From assembly GCA_964582505.1 (NCBI GenBank), contig CAZOSZ010000001.1, positions 1 to 42,829 of the forward strand: a stretch of DNA of 42,829 bases. Direction: 5' to 3'. Below, piece after piece: positions 27,946 to 36,802 of this stretch. The stretch's first letter is position 1, and each line of letters opens with the position of its first letter. The notes beneath the pieces were generated by a model that saw only the letters and a list, made by a program, of their open reading frames with translations, was not told where the DNA came from and made no database searches. The DNA comes from an uncultured Ectothiorhodospiraceae bacterium (lineage in GTDB: Bacteria; Pseudomonadota; Gammaproteobacteria; Steroidobacterales; XN24). The position numbers and the translations under genes are program-made.

Positions 27946-29301
27946 ATGAAGACGCGCGCTGCCCGGATACTCGTGGCCGACGACCAGCGAGATGTGCTCG
28001 AAGCCCTGCGACTGTTGCTCAAGGGCGAGGGCTACCAGGCGGAGAGTTACAGCCACCCCAGCGCACTCATCGAGACGCTGCGCGGGCAGTCGGCGGACGT
28101 GGTGTTGATGGACCTCAACTACACGCGCGACACCACCTCCGGAGAGGAGGGCCTGGACGCGATCGGACGGATTCGCGCCTTCGACCCGCACACGCCGATC
28201 GTGGTGATGACGGCCTGGGGCACCATTGAGCTGGCGGTCGAGGCGATGCGCCGCGGCGCGCAGGATTTCATCGAGAAGCCGTGGGACAACGCGCGGCTTC
28301 TGACGGTCCTCGGCACGCAGGTTGCGCTGGGACAGGCCCTGCATCGTGCCCGTGCGCTCGAGACCGAGAACCGACAGCTCCGCGGCGATGCTGGCGAGAT
28401 GGTCGCAGGATCGGCCGCCATGCAGCCAGTGCTCGAGACCGTCGAGCGGATCGCTCCATCGGATGCCAACGTGCTGATCACCGGCGAGAGCGGCAGCGGC
28501 AAGGGACTGATCGCGCGCCTGATCCACGAGCGCTCGCCGCGCGCCGCGCGCAGCCTCGTGGTGGTCAACATCGGCAGCCTGGCCGAAACGGTGTTCGAGA
28601 GCGAGATGTTCGGCCACGTCAAGGGCGCGTTCACCGACGCCAGGACCGACCGCATCGGGCGCTTCGAGCTGGCGGACGGGGGCACGCTGTTCCTCGACGA
28701 GATCGCCAACCTGCCGGTCACCCAGCAGGCGAGGCTGCTGCGCGTGCTGGAGGACGGCGAGTTCGAGCGGCTCGGCTCCTCGCGCACCCAGCAGACCGAC
28801 GTGCGGGTATTGTCGGCGACCAACGCCGAGGTCGATGCCGAAGTCGAGGCGGGACGCTTGCGCAGCGACCTGCTGTATCGCCTGAACACCATCCACATCC
28901 ATCTGCCGCCGCTGCGTGAACGTGGTGACGACATCGTGGCGCTGGCGCAACGTTTCCTGGAACGCCACGCGCGACGATACTCGCGGCAGGTCGAGGCGCT
29001 CACCGACCCGGCGCTGGCGGCCCTGCGTCGCTATCAATGGCCGGGCAACGTGCGCGAGCTCAACCATGTAATCGAGCGCGCTGTGCTGATGTGCCACGGT
29101 GGCACTCTCGGCCCTGCAGACCTGCGCCTCGATGGCGCAACGGCGACGGGCGATCGCGGGCCGGTGACCCTCGACGAGGCCGAGCGCGAGCTGATCAAGA
29201 CGGCACTGGCCCGCCACGGCGGCAATGTGATCGCCGCCGCGGTAGAGCTGGGCTTAAGTCGCTCGGCGCTGTACCGGCGCATGGAGAAACTCGGCCTGTG
29301 A
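27946..29301 (+). CDS. Sigma54-dependent response regulator (NtrC family: REC-AAA+-Fis HTH)
   Basis: ILVADD, VLMDLN, MTAWG, FIEKPW; GESGSGK, ESEMFGHVKGAFTDA, GTLFLDEI, WPGNVREL; LGLSRSALYRRM. Confidence 0.96.
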   Translation: MKTRAARILVADDQRDVLEALRLLLKGEGYQAESYSHPSALIETLRGQSADVVLMDLNYTRDTTSGEEGLDAIGRIRAFDPHTPIVVMTAWGTIELAVEAMRRGAQDFIEKPWDNARLLTVLGTQVALGQALHRARALETENRQLRGDAGEMVAGSAAMQPVLETVERIAPSDANVLITGESGSGKGLIARLIHERSPRAARSLVVVNIGSLAETVFESEMFGHVKGAFTDARTDRIGRFELADGGTLFLDEIANLPVTQQARLLRVLEDGEFERLGSSRTQQTDVRVLSATNAEVDAEVEAGRLRSDLLYRLNTIHIHLPPLRERGDDIVALAQRFLERHARRYSRQVEALTDPALAALRRYQWPGNVRELNHVIERAVLMCHGGTLGPADLRLDGATATGDRGPVTLDEAERELIKTALARHGGNVIAAAVELGLSRSALYRRMEKLGL

Positions 29302-30626
29302 AGCGACGGCGAGGGCTGAGATACCAGGATCGCGTGCTACTGCTGGTGTTGCTGGCAATCGGGCCCGCCTGGGTGACCGCCACGCTGTTGCTGTGGCACT
29401 GGGAAGCCGACGTGTCCCTGCGATGGACCCTGTTCATCTTGATATCGCTGCCAGCCATGGGCGGCGCGTTGGCGGTTCGTCGACGCGTGGTATTTCCCCT
29501 GCAGTCACTGGCCAATCTCCTCGAAGCGCTGCGCGAGGGCGACTATTCGTTGCGCGGCCGCAATGTCGATCCTGAGGATGCGGTCGGCGAGGTCATGGTC
29601 GAAGTGAACTCCCTGAGCCGTACCCTGCATCGCCAGCGGCTCGAGGCGCTCGAGGCCGGGGTGCTGCTGCAGAAGGTGATCACCGAGGTGGACCTCGCGG
29701 TGTTCGCTTTCGATGCCGAGCGCCGGTTGCGGCTGGTCAATCGCGCGGGCGAGGTGTTGCTGGCCCGCAGGGCGAGCCAGTTGCTGGGTCGCCAAGCCGG
29801 CGAGCTGGGGCTTGCGCCGATGCTCGACGAAGTTTCCGGCCGCATCGTCTCCCACGTCTTCCCGGGCGGAGCGGGACGCTGGGAGATTCGACGCCGTGGC
29901 TTTCGCGAGGGGGGCCGGCCGCACGAGTTGCTGGTCATCTCTGAGCTGAGCCACGCTTTGCGTGAAGAAGAACGCCAGGCCTGGCAGCGCCTGGTGCGCG
30001 TCATCGGTCACGAGCTCAACAATTCCCTGGCGCCGATCAAGTCGATGGCCGGCACGCTGCAGCGGCTCATCGGCCGCGAAATGCTGGCAGACGACTGGCG
30101 CGAGGATGCCGGGGCGGGCCTGGCGGTAATTCACGACCGGGCCGAGTCGCTGGGCCGTTTCATGGGCGCGTACGCGCGATTCGCGAGACTGCCGCTGCCA
30201 ACGCGGCGTGAAGTCGACTTCCCGGCGCTGTTGCGCCGCGTGGCGTCGCTGCACGGCAGGCTCGTCCAGGTCGAACCGGGCCCGGAAGTGCAGCTTCATG
30301 CCGATGCAGATCAGCTCGAGCAAGTGCTGATCAACCTGATCAAGAACGCGGTCGAGGCGGCTGGAGAACTCGGCAGGGTGTATGTTCGCTGGCAACTTCA
30401 GGACGGCGAACTGGCGGTCGAGATCGAAGACAACGGTCCCGGACTGGCACGCACGGACAACCTGTGGGTGCCGTTTTTTACCACCAAGCCCGGCGGCACC
30501 GGCATCGGACTGGTGTTGAGCCGCGCGATCATCGAGAACCACGGCGGCACGGTCACCCTCGAAAACCACGCGAGCGGGCGCGGCTGCATTGCGCGCATCG
30601 ACCTGCCCCTGGGCGCCGGGCGCTGA
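29298..30626 (+). CDS. Sensor histidine kinase (2 TM, HAMP-like, PAS-like, HisKA, HATPase)
   Basis: GTG 29298 overlaps the RR stop. Motifs IGHELNNSLAPI, QVLINLIKNAVEA, EDNGPG, PFFTTKPGGTGIGL. Confidence 0.93.
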   Translation: MKRRRGLRYQDRVLLLVLLAIGPAWVTATLLLWHWEADVSLRWTLFILISLPAMGGALAVRRRVVFPLQSLANLLEALREGDYSLRGRNVDPEDAVGEVMVEVNSLSRTLHRQRLEALEAGVLLQKVITEVDLAVFAFDAERRLRLVNRAGEVLLARRASQLLGRQAGELGLAPMLDEVSGRIVSHVFPGGAGRWEIRRRGFREGGRPHELLVISELSHALREEERQAWQRLVRVIGHELNNSLAPIKSMAGTLQRLIGREMLADDWREDAGAGLAVIHDRAESLGRFMGAYARFARLPLPTRREVDFPALLRRVASLHGRLVQVEPGPEVQLHADADQLEQVLINLIKNAVEAAGELGRVYVRWQLQDGELAVEIEDNGPGLARTDNLWVPFFTTKPGGTGIGLVLSRAIIENHGGTVTLENHASGRGCIARIDLPLGAGR

Positions 30627-30659
30627 TGCCCGGCTGCGTCGCGCCGGCAGCCCCGAATT

Positions 30660-31364
30660 CTAGTAGCGGTAATCCAGCAGGCGAATCTCGTCGGCGAACA
30701 GCTCGGCGATGCGGGCTTTCTCCGCTTCGCCCAGGATTTCTCGGTAGTTACGTCTGTCCTTGCGGTAGCGCGATTTCGCCCGTGGCAGCTCGAGCGGCTC
30801 CGGCAGGCCGATGTGCCTGCGCACCGACTCCAGCTCCTCCTGCAGGTTCTCGAAGCGGCAAATCCTGTCTACCACCGGCTCGCCGTTGATCGTGTACAGC
30901 AGGTATCCGCGATCCTGCAGCTTGCTCACATACTTGGACTCCAGAAACTTTCGCAGGCTGGGCCTGGGCGGGTACCGGTATTGCCAGTAGTAAGCCGAGA
31001 TGACGCGGTCCCACGGATTTCTCTGCACGCAGAACTTGAAGTACGACTGCCAGATGTCCTCGCCCAGCAGCGACCTGGCCTCGCTGGCCGGCATGTGGTT
31101 GTAGAACTTGCGTCCGAACTTGCGCCGTTTGCCGGATGACAGCAGCGACAGTCCGCGCAGTGGCGCCGGCGCGTCCTCGGCATCGGCCATGTAATGCTGC
31201 GGCCCCGGATGGCCGAGCGCCCGCCTGAGTGGTTCGTCCTCGGGGGACACCGGTGTGATGATATCGTCCGGACCGCAGAATCTGGCCAGGGCGATTTCGA
31301 TGGACGTGCCTGCGGTCTTGCTGGTCTTCAGAAAAATGAACCGATGCCGGTGGGATACGATCAT
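30660..31364 (-). CDS. Sulfotransferase family 2 protein
   Basis: Start MIVSHRHRFIFLKTSKTAGTSIE (ATGA overlap with upstream gene); VQRNPWDRVISAYYW; ICRFENL. Confidence 0.88.
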   Translation of the reverse strand: MIVSHRHRFIFLKTSKTAGTSIEIALARFCGPDDIITPVSPEDEPLRRALGHPGPQHYMADAEDAPAPLRGLSLLSSGKRRKFGRKFYNHMPASEARSLLGEDIWQSYFKFCVQRNPWDRVISAYYWQYRYPPRPSLRKFLESKYVSKLQDRGYLLYTINGEPVVDRICRFENLQEELESVRRHIGLPEPLELPRAKSRYRKDRRNYREILGEAEKARIAELFADEIRLLDYRY

Positions 31365-32308
31365 GATTCGATGGCGCCTCCCGGCGCAGCCCGGGCGCGG
31401 CGCTTGCGCTGCACGCGCCGCCATTTGTTATACAGGAACATGTACAACCAGTCCCTGTACGAACCGTAACGGAACCGCTCCCACGGCGTTGGCGGCTGCG
31501 GCGGGTTGGGGCCGCGCAGCGCATAGCCCAGCTCCTCCAGCAGGTCACGGGCATACCACTCGAATATGCGGATTTCGGTCGTGCTCAGGCTGCTTTGCCA
31601 GCGGTCGATGCTCGAAGGATCCGGCGGTCGCCCCACCAGCGCATGCTGGTTTCTCGTGTACTCCGGCACCTCCATGCGCGTGCCGGTGTGCATGTCCGGC
31701 CGGTAGGTCAACCCCAACCAGGTGCAGAGCGCCTGGCAGGTCGGCGCCGGCTCGCGCACCAGCTCCTCGTACCGTACGCGGTACACGCGCTGCGGCCAGC
31801 GCCGGCTGGCGATCAGGCCTTCGCTGGTCTTGCGCCGCCACCAGCGGGCGGCACGGATGATGTCGTTGGGCCCCCAGTCCAGCGGGAGGATCGAGGCCGC
31901 GTTGGCGCGTCCGTCGCGCACGATGTGCACGAAACGCACGCCGGGAAATGCGGCGATCATCTGCTCGGCGTAGCGCAGGTTGTGCGGCGTATGGTCGATC
32001 CAGGTGTCTACGGTCTGGCCGTGACGCTCGCCGAACGCCTGCAGCAGCGCGGTGAAATAGCTCTCGCAATCGTCGCCCTGCAGCTGCAACAAACGCTCGC
32101 GCGGTATACCCCAGTTGCCGATCCTGAAGTTGCTCCGCATGCGGGTCGCCATGTACGCGGGCAGCGACTTGTGCCGCGCGGCCGCGCGAATCAGCCTGGT
32201 CTTGAACTGCGACTCCGGCGTGGCAACGCAGCCGTCGAGGTTGCCGAGCATGCTGCCCAGCAGTGTGGTGCCGCTGCGCGGGCAACCGCCTATGAATACG
32301 AACTGCAT
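31361..32308 (-). CDS. Sulfotransferase (Sulfotransfer_3-like)
   Basis: PAPS loop FIGGCPRSGTTLL, DHTPHN, HIVRDGRANAAS, VRYEELVREP. Confidence 0.9.
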   Translation of the reverse strand: MQFVFIGGCPRSGTTLLGSMLGNLDGCVATPESQFKTRLIRAAARHKSLPAYMATRMRSNFRIGNWGIPRERLLQLQGDDCESYFTALLQAFGERHGQTVDTWIDHTPHNLRYAEQMIAAFPGVRFVHIVRDGRANAASILPLDWGPNDIIRAARWWRRKTSEGLIASRRWPQRVYRVRYEELVREPAPTCQALCTWLGLTYRPDMHTGTRMEVPEYTRNQHALVGRPPDPSSIDRWQSSLSTTEIRIFEWYARDLLEELGYALRGPNPPQPPTPWERFRYGSYRDWLYMFLYNKWRRVQRKRRARAAPGGAIES

Positions 32309-32353
32309 CGGGAGTCTCGGGGCATCATGCTCGATGCGGAGGGCGCGGCCGCG

Positions 32354-33295
32354 TCAGCGCCCGAGCCAGCGTGACTTGGTCCGCCGGATCCAGCTGCGCA
32401 GATGGTTGAACGGGCGGCTGCCGGTATAGCGTCCCTTGGAGACGTGACGAATGCGATACGGAGGCGGCGCATCGACGGCCGTGCCCTGGCTGCGCAGCAG
32501 CCAGCGGAAGGCCGTATCCTCGTAGGTCTTGCGCCAGCGCGCCGAGGGCGTCTGGTAGAAGCGAATGCCCTCGCAGTAACCGCAGGCACGCGCGACGTCG
32601 CCGTGGGCGATCTGCATCGGGCCGGTCGCCTTGTGCAGAACCTTGATGCTGAACTGCCCGGGGTCGATATCAACCAGGCGCGGCTGCCCCGCGGCGGCGG
32701 TCAGCACCGGATCATCGTCCCTGTACATCCGCGAGATCCGCTCCTCGCGCGGATGCACCAGCACGTCGCGGCGATCCTGCAGAGCAGCCGCCAGGCCGTC
32801 CAGGCAGTCGTCGCGAAACATCACGTCGCAGTCGGTGAACCAGATCCAGTCCGCGCGCGTGGCCTTGGCCGCCATGTTGCGTCCGATCGCACGGCGGAAC
32901 AGCTGCTCGCGCGGCAGCGCCTGCCAGTTCCAGGTGACGCCGGGCACCTGCCGGGCGGCGAAATATTCGAGCAGCGCCACCGAGCGCAGGTCTTCGAGTG
33001 AATGGAACACCGTCATCGTCACGCCAAGCTGGCGCGGGGGGAACTGCACCAGCGAGCTCAGTTGATAGGCCAGCAGATGCGCATAGTTCCAGCAGTGGCT
33101 GACGATCTCGATCTGCAGGCGGCCCTGGCGTGCGGCGCGCTGCTCGGGTGGCGGCAACGTGCGCAGGTACCAGCGCGCCGGTACCATGCCACTGGCGGCC
33201 AGGCGCAGATACCAGCCGGTGAGCGCTTCGCGCCAGCGATCCATGCGGCCGCGCTCGTGATTGGGCCCGCTCGCCATGTCGTCAGGATGCGGCAC
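32354..33295 (-). CDS. Glycosyltransferase, GT-A fold (family 2-like)
   Basis: RRAIGRNMAA...ADWIWFTDCD (DxD) and YEDTAFR. Start uncertain (33295, 33277 or 33244). Confidence 0.8.
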   Translation of the reverse strand: MPHPDDMASGPNHERGRMDRWREALTGWYLRLAASGMVPARWYLRTLPPPEQRAARQGRLQIEIVSHCWNYAHLLAYQLSSLVQFPPRQLGVTMTVFHSLEDLRSVALLEYFAARQVPGVTWNWQALPREQLFRRAIGRNMAAKATRADWIWFTDCDVMFRDDCLDGLAAALQDRRDVLVHPREERISRMYRDDDPVLTAAAGQPRLVDIDPGQFSIKVLHKATGPMQIAHGDVARACGYCEGIRFYQTPSARWRKTYEDTAFRWLLRSQGTAVDAPPPYRIRHVSKGRYTGSRPFNHLRSWIRRTKSRWLGR

Positions 33296-33435
33296 AGCGG
33301 CGGGATCGCGCGCGCCAGGAACGCCAGATAAGCAATGGGAGCACGATTTTCCTATTTCACATCATCGGTCAACGGGCAGACCCAAGGCGAGCTCCATCTC
33401 GAAATCGAGGACGCCGGTCCCGACCTGGCACCTGT

Positions 33436-34464
33436 CTAAATCAACGGATAGGGCCTGGCGCGCACCCACTTGGAGAACAGCCATTTTTCGCCGCGGGTGG
33501 GGGCCAGGCCGGCGTGCTGCGTTTGCGGGTCCGGCAGGCCTTCGGGGGTGGTATTCCAGAACACCAGGGCGTCGCCAGTCTTGCCCTTGAAGCGCCAGTC
33601 AAGCTCCGGGAACTCGGTCTCGCCACCTTCGTAATCGTCATTCAGGTAGATCAGCACCGTGGTAGTGCGCTGGCCGGCCACCTGCAGTTCCAGGGCGTGT
33701 TTCTCGGACTGTGTGATGAAGTCGAAATGCGGCCGGTATTCCTCGCCCGGCTTGTAGTGCAGCACGTTGGAGGGTTCCTGGTTGGCCAGCGCTACGCCGA
33801 TCGCATCCGCAATGCGGGCATTGACCATCTGCAGGACCAGGTCCGACTCGATCAGACTGAAGCCCGCGCCGGAATTGCTGCGATACTCCGCCTGTGAACC
33901 GCCGCCGTGCACCGGGTCCTTGACCCTCACGGCCTGGAGCTTGGGCCTGGCGCGCTCGATGATCCACGCGCAGAACGAGCGCGGAATGAAGTTTTCGATC
34001 ACACCCACCCGCGGCGCCTCGAACTGCCATTGCGTCGGGTGGGGCGCATCCCACTGGCGCGCGTCGAACCGTACCGGGTCGCCCAGCAGCATGACCTGCT
34101 CGCGCGCACGCTGATCGCCGCGGGATGCCGCGTCCTTCAGCATGTTGACCGCACCCTCCCATTGCCCGGACAGTGTTGCCAGCACCGACATCAGCGAAAG
34201 CGCCTCGGGCATCCCCTGCAATGCGGCGGCATTGACCCACTTGGCACCCTCGACAGGATCGAACGGCGCGGCGCGGCCCACCACCAGACGCGCGCCCAGC
34301 AAGAACTGCGCCGGCACGTGCCCCGCTTCCGCGGCCGCACGCAGTGCACCGAGCGCCTGCTCGTGCATGCCACGGCTGTCCAGCATGACCGCCAGCGCCA
34401 TCTGCGCGTCCACGTCGCCGGACTTTGCCTGTTGTTGCAGTCGTTCCTCGTCCGGGCTCGTCAA
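33436..34464 (-). CDS. 2OG-Fe(II) oxygenase, prolyl-4-hydroxylase-like, with N-terminal Sel1-like repeats
   Basis: Sel1-like GDVDAQMALA and AAEAGHVPAQFLLG. Catalytic motifs VLHYKPGEEYRPHFD, TVLIYLND..EGGETEF, HAGLAPTRGEKW. TTG start after a G-rich SD. Confidence 0.9.
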   Translation of the reverse strand: MTSPDEERLQQQAKSGDVDAQMALAVMLDSRGMHEQALGALRAAAEAGHVPAQFLLGARLVVGRAAPFDPVEGAKWVNAAALQGMPEALSLMSVLATLSGQWEGAVNMLKDAASRGDQRAREQVMLLGDPVRFDARQWDAPHPTQWQFEAPRVGVIENFIPRSFCAWIIERARPKLQAVRVKDPVHGGGSQAEYRSNSGAGFSLIESDLVLQMVNARIADAIGVALANQEPSNVLHYKPGEEYRPHFDFITQSEKHALELQVAGQRTTTVLIYLNDDYEGGETEFPELDWRFKGKTGDALVFWNTTPEGLPDPQTQHAGLAPTRGEKWLFSKWVRARPYPLI

Positions 34465-34599
34465 GCAGCCACCCCCCTCGCAGTTCAGCTGTCAGGTTCG
34501 CCGCGCCATGTTCGGGCGCGGCACGCGGGCTGCAATCTTAACGCATGGGGTCCCATCGGCGGTGAAGGCGCAAGCTGGCTGAATCCCGGGCGCAAGTCA

Positions 34600-35328
34600 T
34601 CATCGCCCGAGCTCCCCCGCGGGGCGGTCGGCCAAGGCAATGACCACCCGCTTGTTGCGCCGCCCCTTGTTCTCCACCCGGCTTACCACCACAGCGCCGA
34701 TCTCGGCGGCCATCGCGACGTGCGTGCCGCCGCAGGGCTGCAGGTCCACACCCGGGATCTCCAGCAGGCGGATCCGCCCGGCATCGCGTGGCGGCTGCAC
34801 CGAGAGGGTGCGCACGAGCTCGGGCTGGCGCTCGAGTTCCTCTTTGCTGATCCAGCGTGAGCGCACCGGGTGGTTGGCCTCGATCAGCGCGTTGACGGCC
34901 GCGGTCACCTGCAGCTTGTCGATCTCTTCCCTGGTGTCGAAATCCAACCGGCTCTTCTCCGCGCTGATCTGCCCTCCGGTCACGCCGTAGCGCAGCACCG
35001 CGCCGAGCAGGTGCAGGCAGGTGTGCATGCGCATGTGGGCATAGCGGCGCTCCCAGTCGATGATCGCCTCGAGCTGCGTGCCGGGCTCCGGCGGCGCAAC
35101 GTCTGCGGCCAGCCGGTGCAGGATCCGCCCGGCCTCGCCCTTGCGGGTATCCGTCACCCGCCAACTGCGACCGTCGGCGGCCCGCAGCTCGCCGGTGTCG
35201 CCCGGCTGGCCGCCGCCGAGCGGATAGAACACTGTGCAATCGAGCACCACGCCTTCCGGCCCCGCGACCACCACCGTGGCCGGGCAGCTGCGTCGATAAG
35301 CGTCCTTGCTGAAAATCGGCTCGGTCAT
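34600..35328 (-). CDS. alaX: Free-standing alanyl-tRNA editing protein (AlaX)
   Basis: TVFYPLGGGQPGD, RMHTCLH (HxxxH), DLQPCGGTHV (CxxxH). Confidence 0.93.
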   Translation of the reverse strand: MTEPIFSKDAYRRSCPATVVVAGPEGVVLDCTVFYPLGGGQPGDTGELRAADGRSWRVTDTRKGEAGRILHRLAADVAPPEPGTQLEAIIDWERRYAHMRMHTCLHLLGAVLRYGVTGGQISAEKSRLDFDTREEIDKLQVTAAVNALIEANHPVRSRWISKEELERQPELVRTLSVQPPRDAGRIRLLEIPGVDLQPCGGTHVAMAAEIGAVVVSRVENKGRRNKRVVIALADRPAGELGR

Positions 35329-35608
35329 CGTCCTGGCGGCTCAAAGGGAATCCGATTCATGGCTTCGTGCATGCTGACGCCCGCGCGGCTCGCCCGCGAA
35401 ACTCTAGCACGCGATGTGGTCGCGCGGGCGGGCCCAGGCGAGGGTCGAAACGCCTGACACCGACTGCGGGCCCATGGGCTGACCCGCGGACCGCATTTCC
35501 CGCAACTGGACTGGGTCGACTGCCGCGAATGTGACCCGCCTCACGCCTGCGGCGCACGGGCCTGCGTAAAGTTTCGGCATGCCAGGTCGATCCGATACGG
35601 AGATTTCC

Positions 35609-36082
35609 ATGACGCTCGAGGCGTCTCGGGGGCGGCAGGCTGCCAGTACTGGACATACATCCAGCGACCGGCAGGCATCCTCCAGCAAGCACGACAAGGC
35701 CGCGTCCCGCGACGAGCTTTCGCCGATTCCGCCTGCGGCGCTGGGGATCGCCCGCCTGGCGCGCGGCCACGCCGGCACGCCCGGCGGCGACGCCCGGGGG
35801 AACGGCAAGACGCAGTCGCAGCTGACCGTAGGGCTCTATCGTCGCAACCTCGGCATCCACGATGACGCCGCCTACTTCCGCCTGAAAATGGGGATGTTGC
35901 GCATGTTGCGCAAGCGGCTCGACGTGCAAGGCATCGACATCGACGATGTCGATGGACTGCCGCAGGGCGAGGAAGCCTTCGAGATGCGGCTCGACCCGCC
36001 CGACGCCGCGGTACTGGCACGCGCCAGGTCGGTTGCGGCGCGCATCCTGCGAACCGGCCGCTGGCGTCAGACCGAGGTCTGA
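35609..36082 (+). CDS. Hypothetical protein
   Basis: GGAGA SD before ATG 35609 (longest ORF starts at 35579). Fills the gap between alaX and the convergent cupin gene, with host-like codons in the 3' half. No motif recognised. Confidence 0.55.
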   Translation: MTLEASRGRQAASTGHTSSDRQASSSKHDKAASRDELSPIPPAALGIARLARGHAGTPGGDARGNGKTQSQLTVGLYRRNLGIHDDAAYFRLKMGMLRMLRKRLDVQGIDIDDVDGLPQGEEAFEMRLDPPDAAVLARARSVAARILRTGRWRQTEV

Positions 36083-36107
36083 GCGGGCCGGGCCTCGCGC
36101 GGCCCGC
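36083..36107. terminator. GC hairpin between convergent genes
   Basis: GCGGGCCG (36083-36090) pairs with CGGCCCGC (36100-36107); no U-tract. Confidence 0.35.
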
Positions 36108-36115
36108 CAGCTCCG

Positions 36116-36589
36116 CTAGTTTCTCGGGTCGTCGGCGGGGTCGAGGTACTCGATGCCCCAGGGCCCGGTACCATGCAGCTGGATGACGGTCGGCTCCTCG
36201 GTATAGGCGAACATCGGCTCCCCCGGCGCCATCACGGCGAAACTGCCTGCCGCCATGGCCCTGGCGGCGTCGCGACTGAACTCCTTGCCGTGCGCGAAAT
36301 AAAGCGTGCCCTCGAGCACCGTGACGCGCTCGTAGGCAGGGTGCACGTGAGGGGCTATGCGGTAGTTGGCCGGAAGTTTCAGCCGGAATGTAAACGGCGC
36401 TGCCTCCGCCAGGTTTCCCTCGATCACCGAGATCTTCGCCCCTGGCGCCATCGAGCCGATGTCCGTCCATACCAGCTCATCGGCATTGACGAAAAGGTGC
36501 CCTTTCCCGTGGTAAGGCAGTTCAGCGGAGGCCGCGGGTGCGATGACCAGCGCCAGCGCCATCAGCAGGGTTGCCAGCTTTATCTTCAT
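36116..36589 (-). CDS. Exported cupin-domain protein (DUF4437-like)
   Basis: Start MKIKLATLL with a signal peptide; cupin motif FRLKLPANYRIAPHVHPAYERVTVLEG; QLHGTGPWGI. Confidence 0.88.
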   Translation of the reverse strand: MKIKLATLLMALALVIAPAASAELPYHGKGHLFVNADELVWTDIGSMAPGAKISVIEGNLAEAAPFTFRLKLPANYRIAPHVHPAYERVTVLEGTLYFAHGKEFSRDAARAMAAGSFAVMAPGEPMFAYTEEPTVIQLHGTGPWGIEYLDPADDPRN

Positions 36590-36647
36590 GGGTCTGATGC
36601 CTCGCGTTAAGTGAATGGCTTGTGGCTGTGGCAACAACCATAAATGC

Positions 36648-36677
36648 CTGTCATTTCACCTGCAAGGCGCATATAAT
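36648..36677 (+). promoter_or_regulatory. Candidate sigma70 promoter for the outer-membrane protein gene
   Basis: CTGTCA (36648-36653), 18-nt spacer, perfect TATAAT (36672-36677) in a divergent intergenic region. Confidence 0.5.
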
Positions 36678-36802
36678 CCGCTTCGCGCCGGGCGGCACCT
36701 CAGGGGAGAATCCCCTGGGAACCGTCCGGCGCATTTGCGTGTCTAGTGTCGTGCGCCGGGATGAGGCGCGACTGTATCCCCCCACACGGAGTGAGAAACT
36801 GT

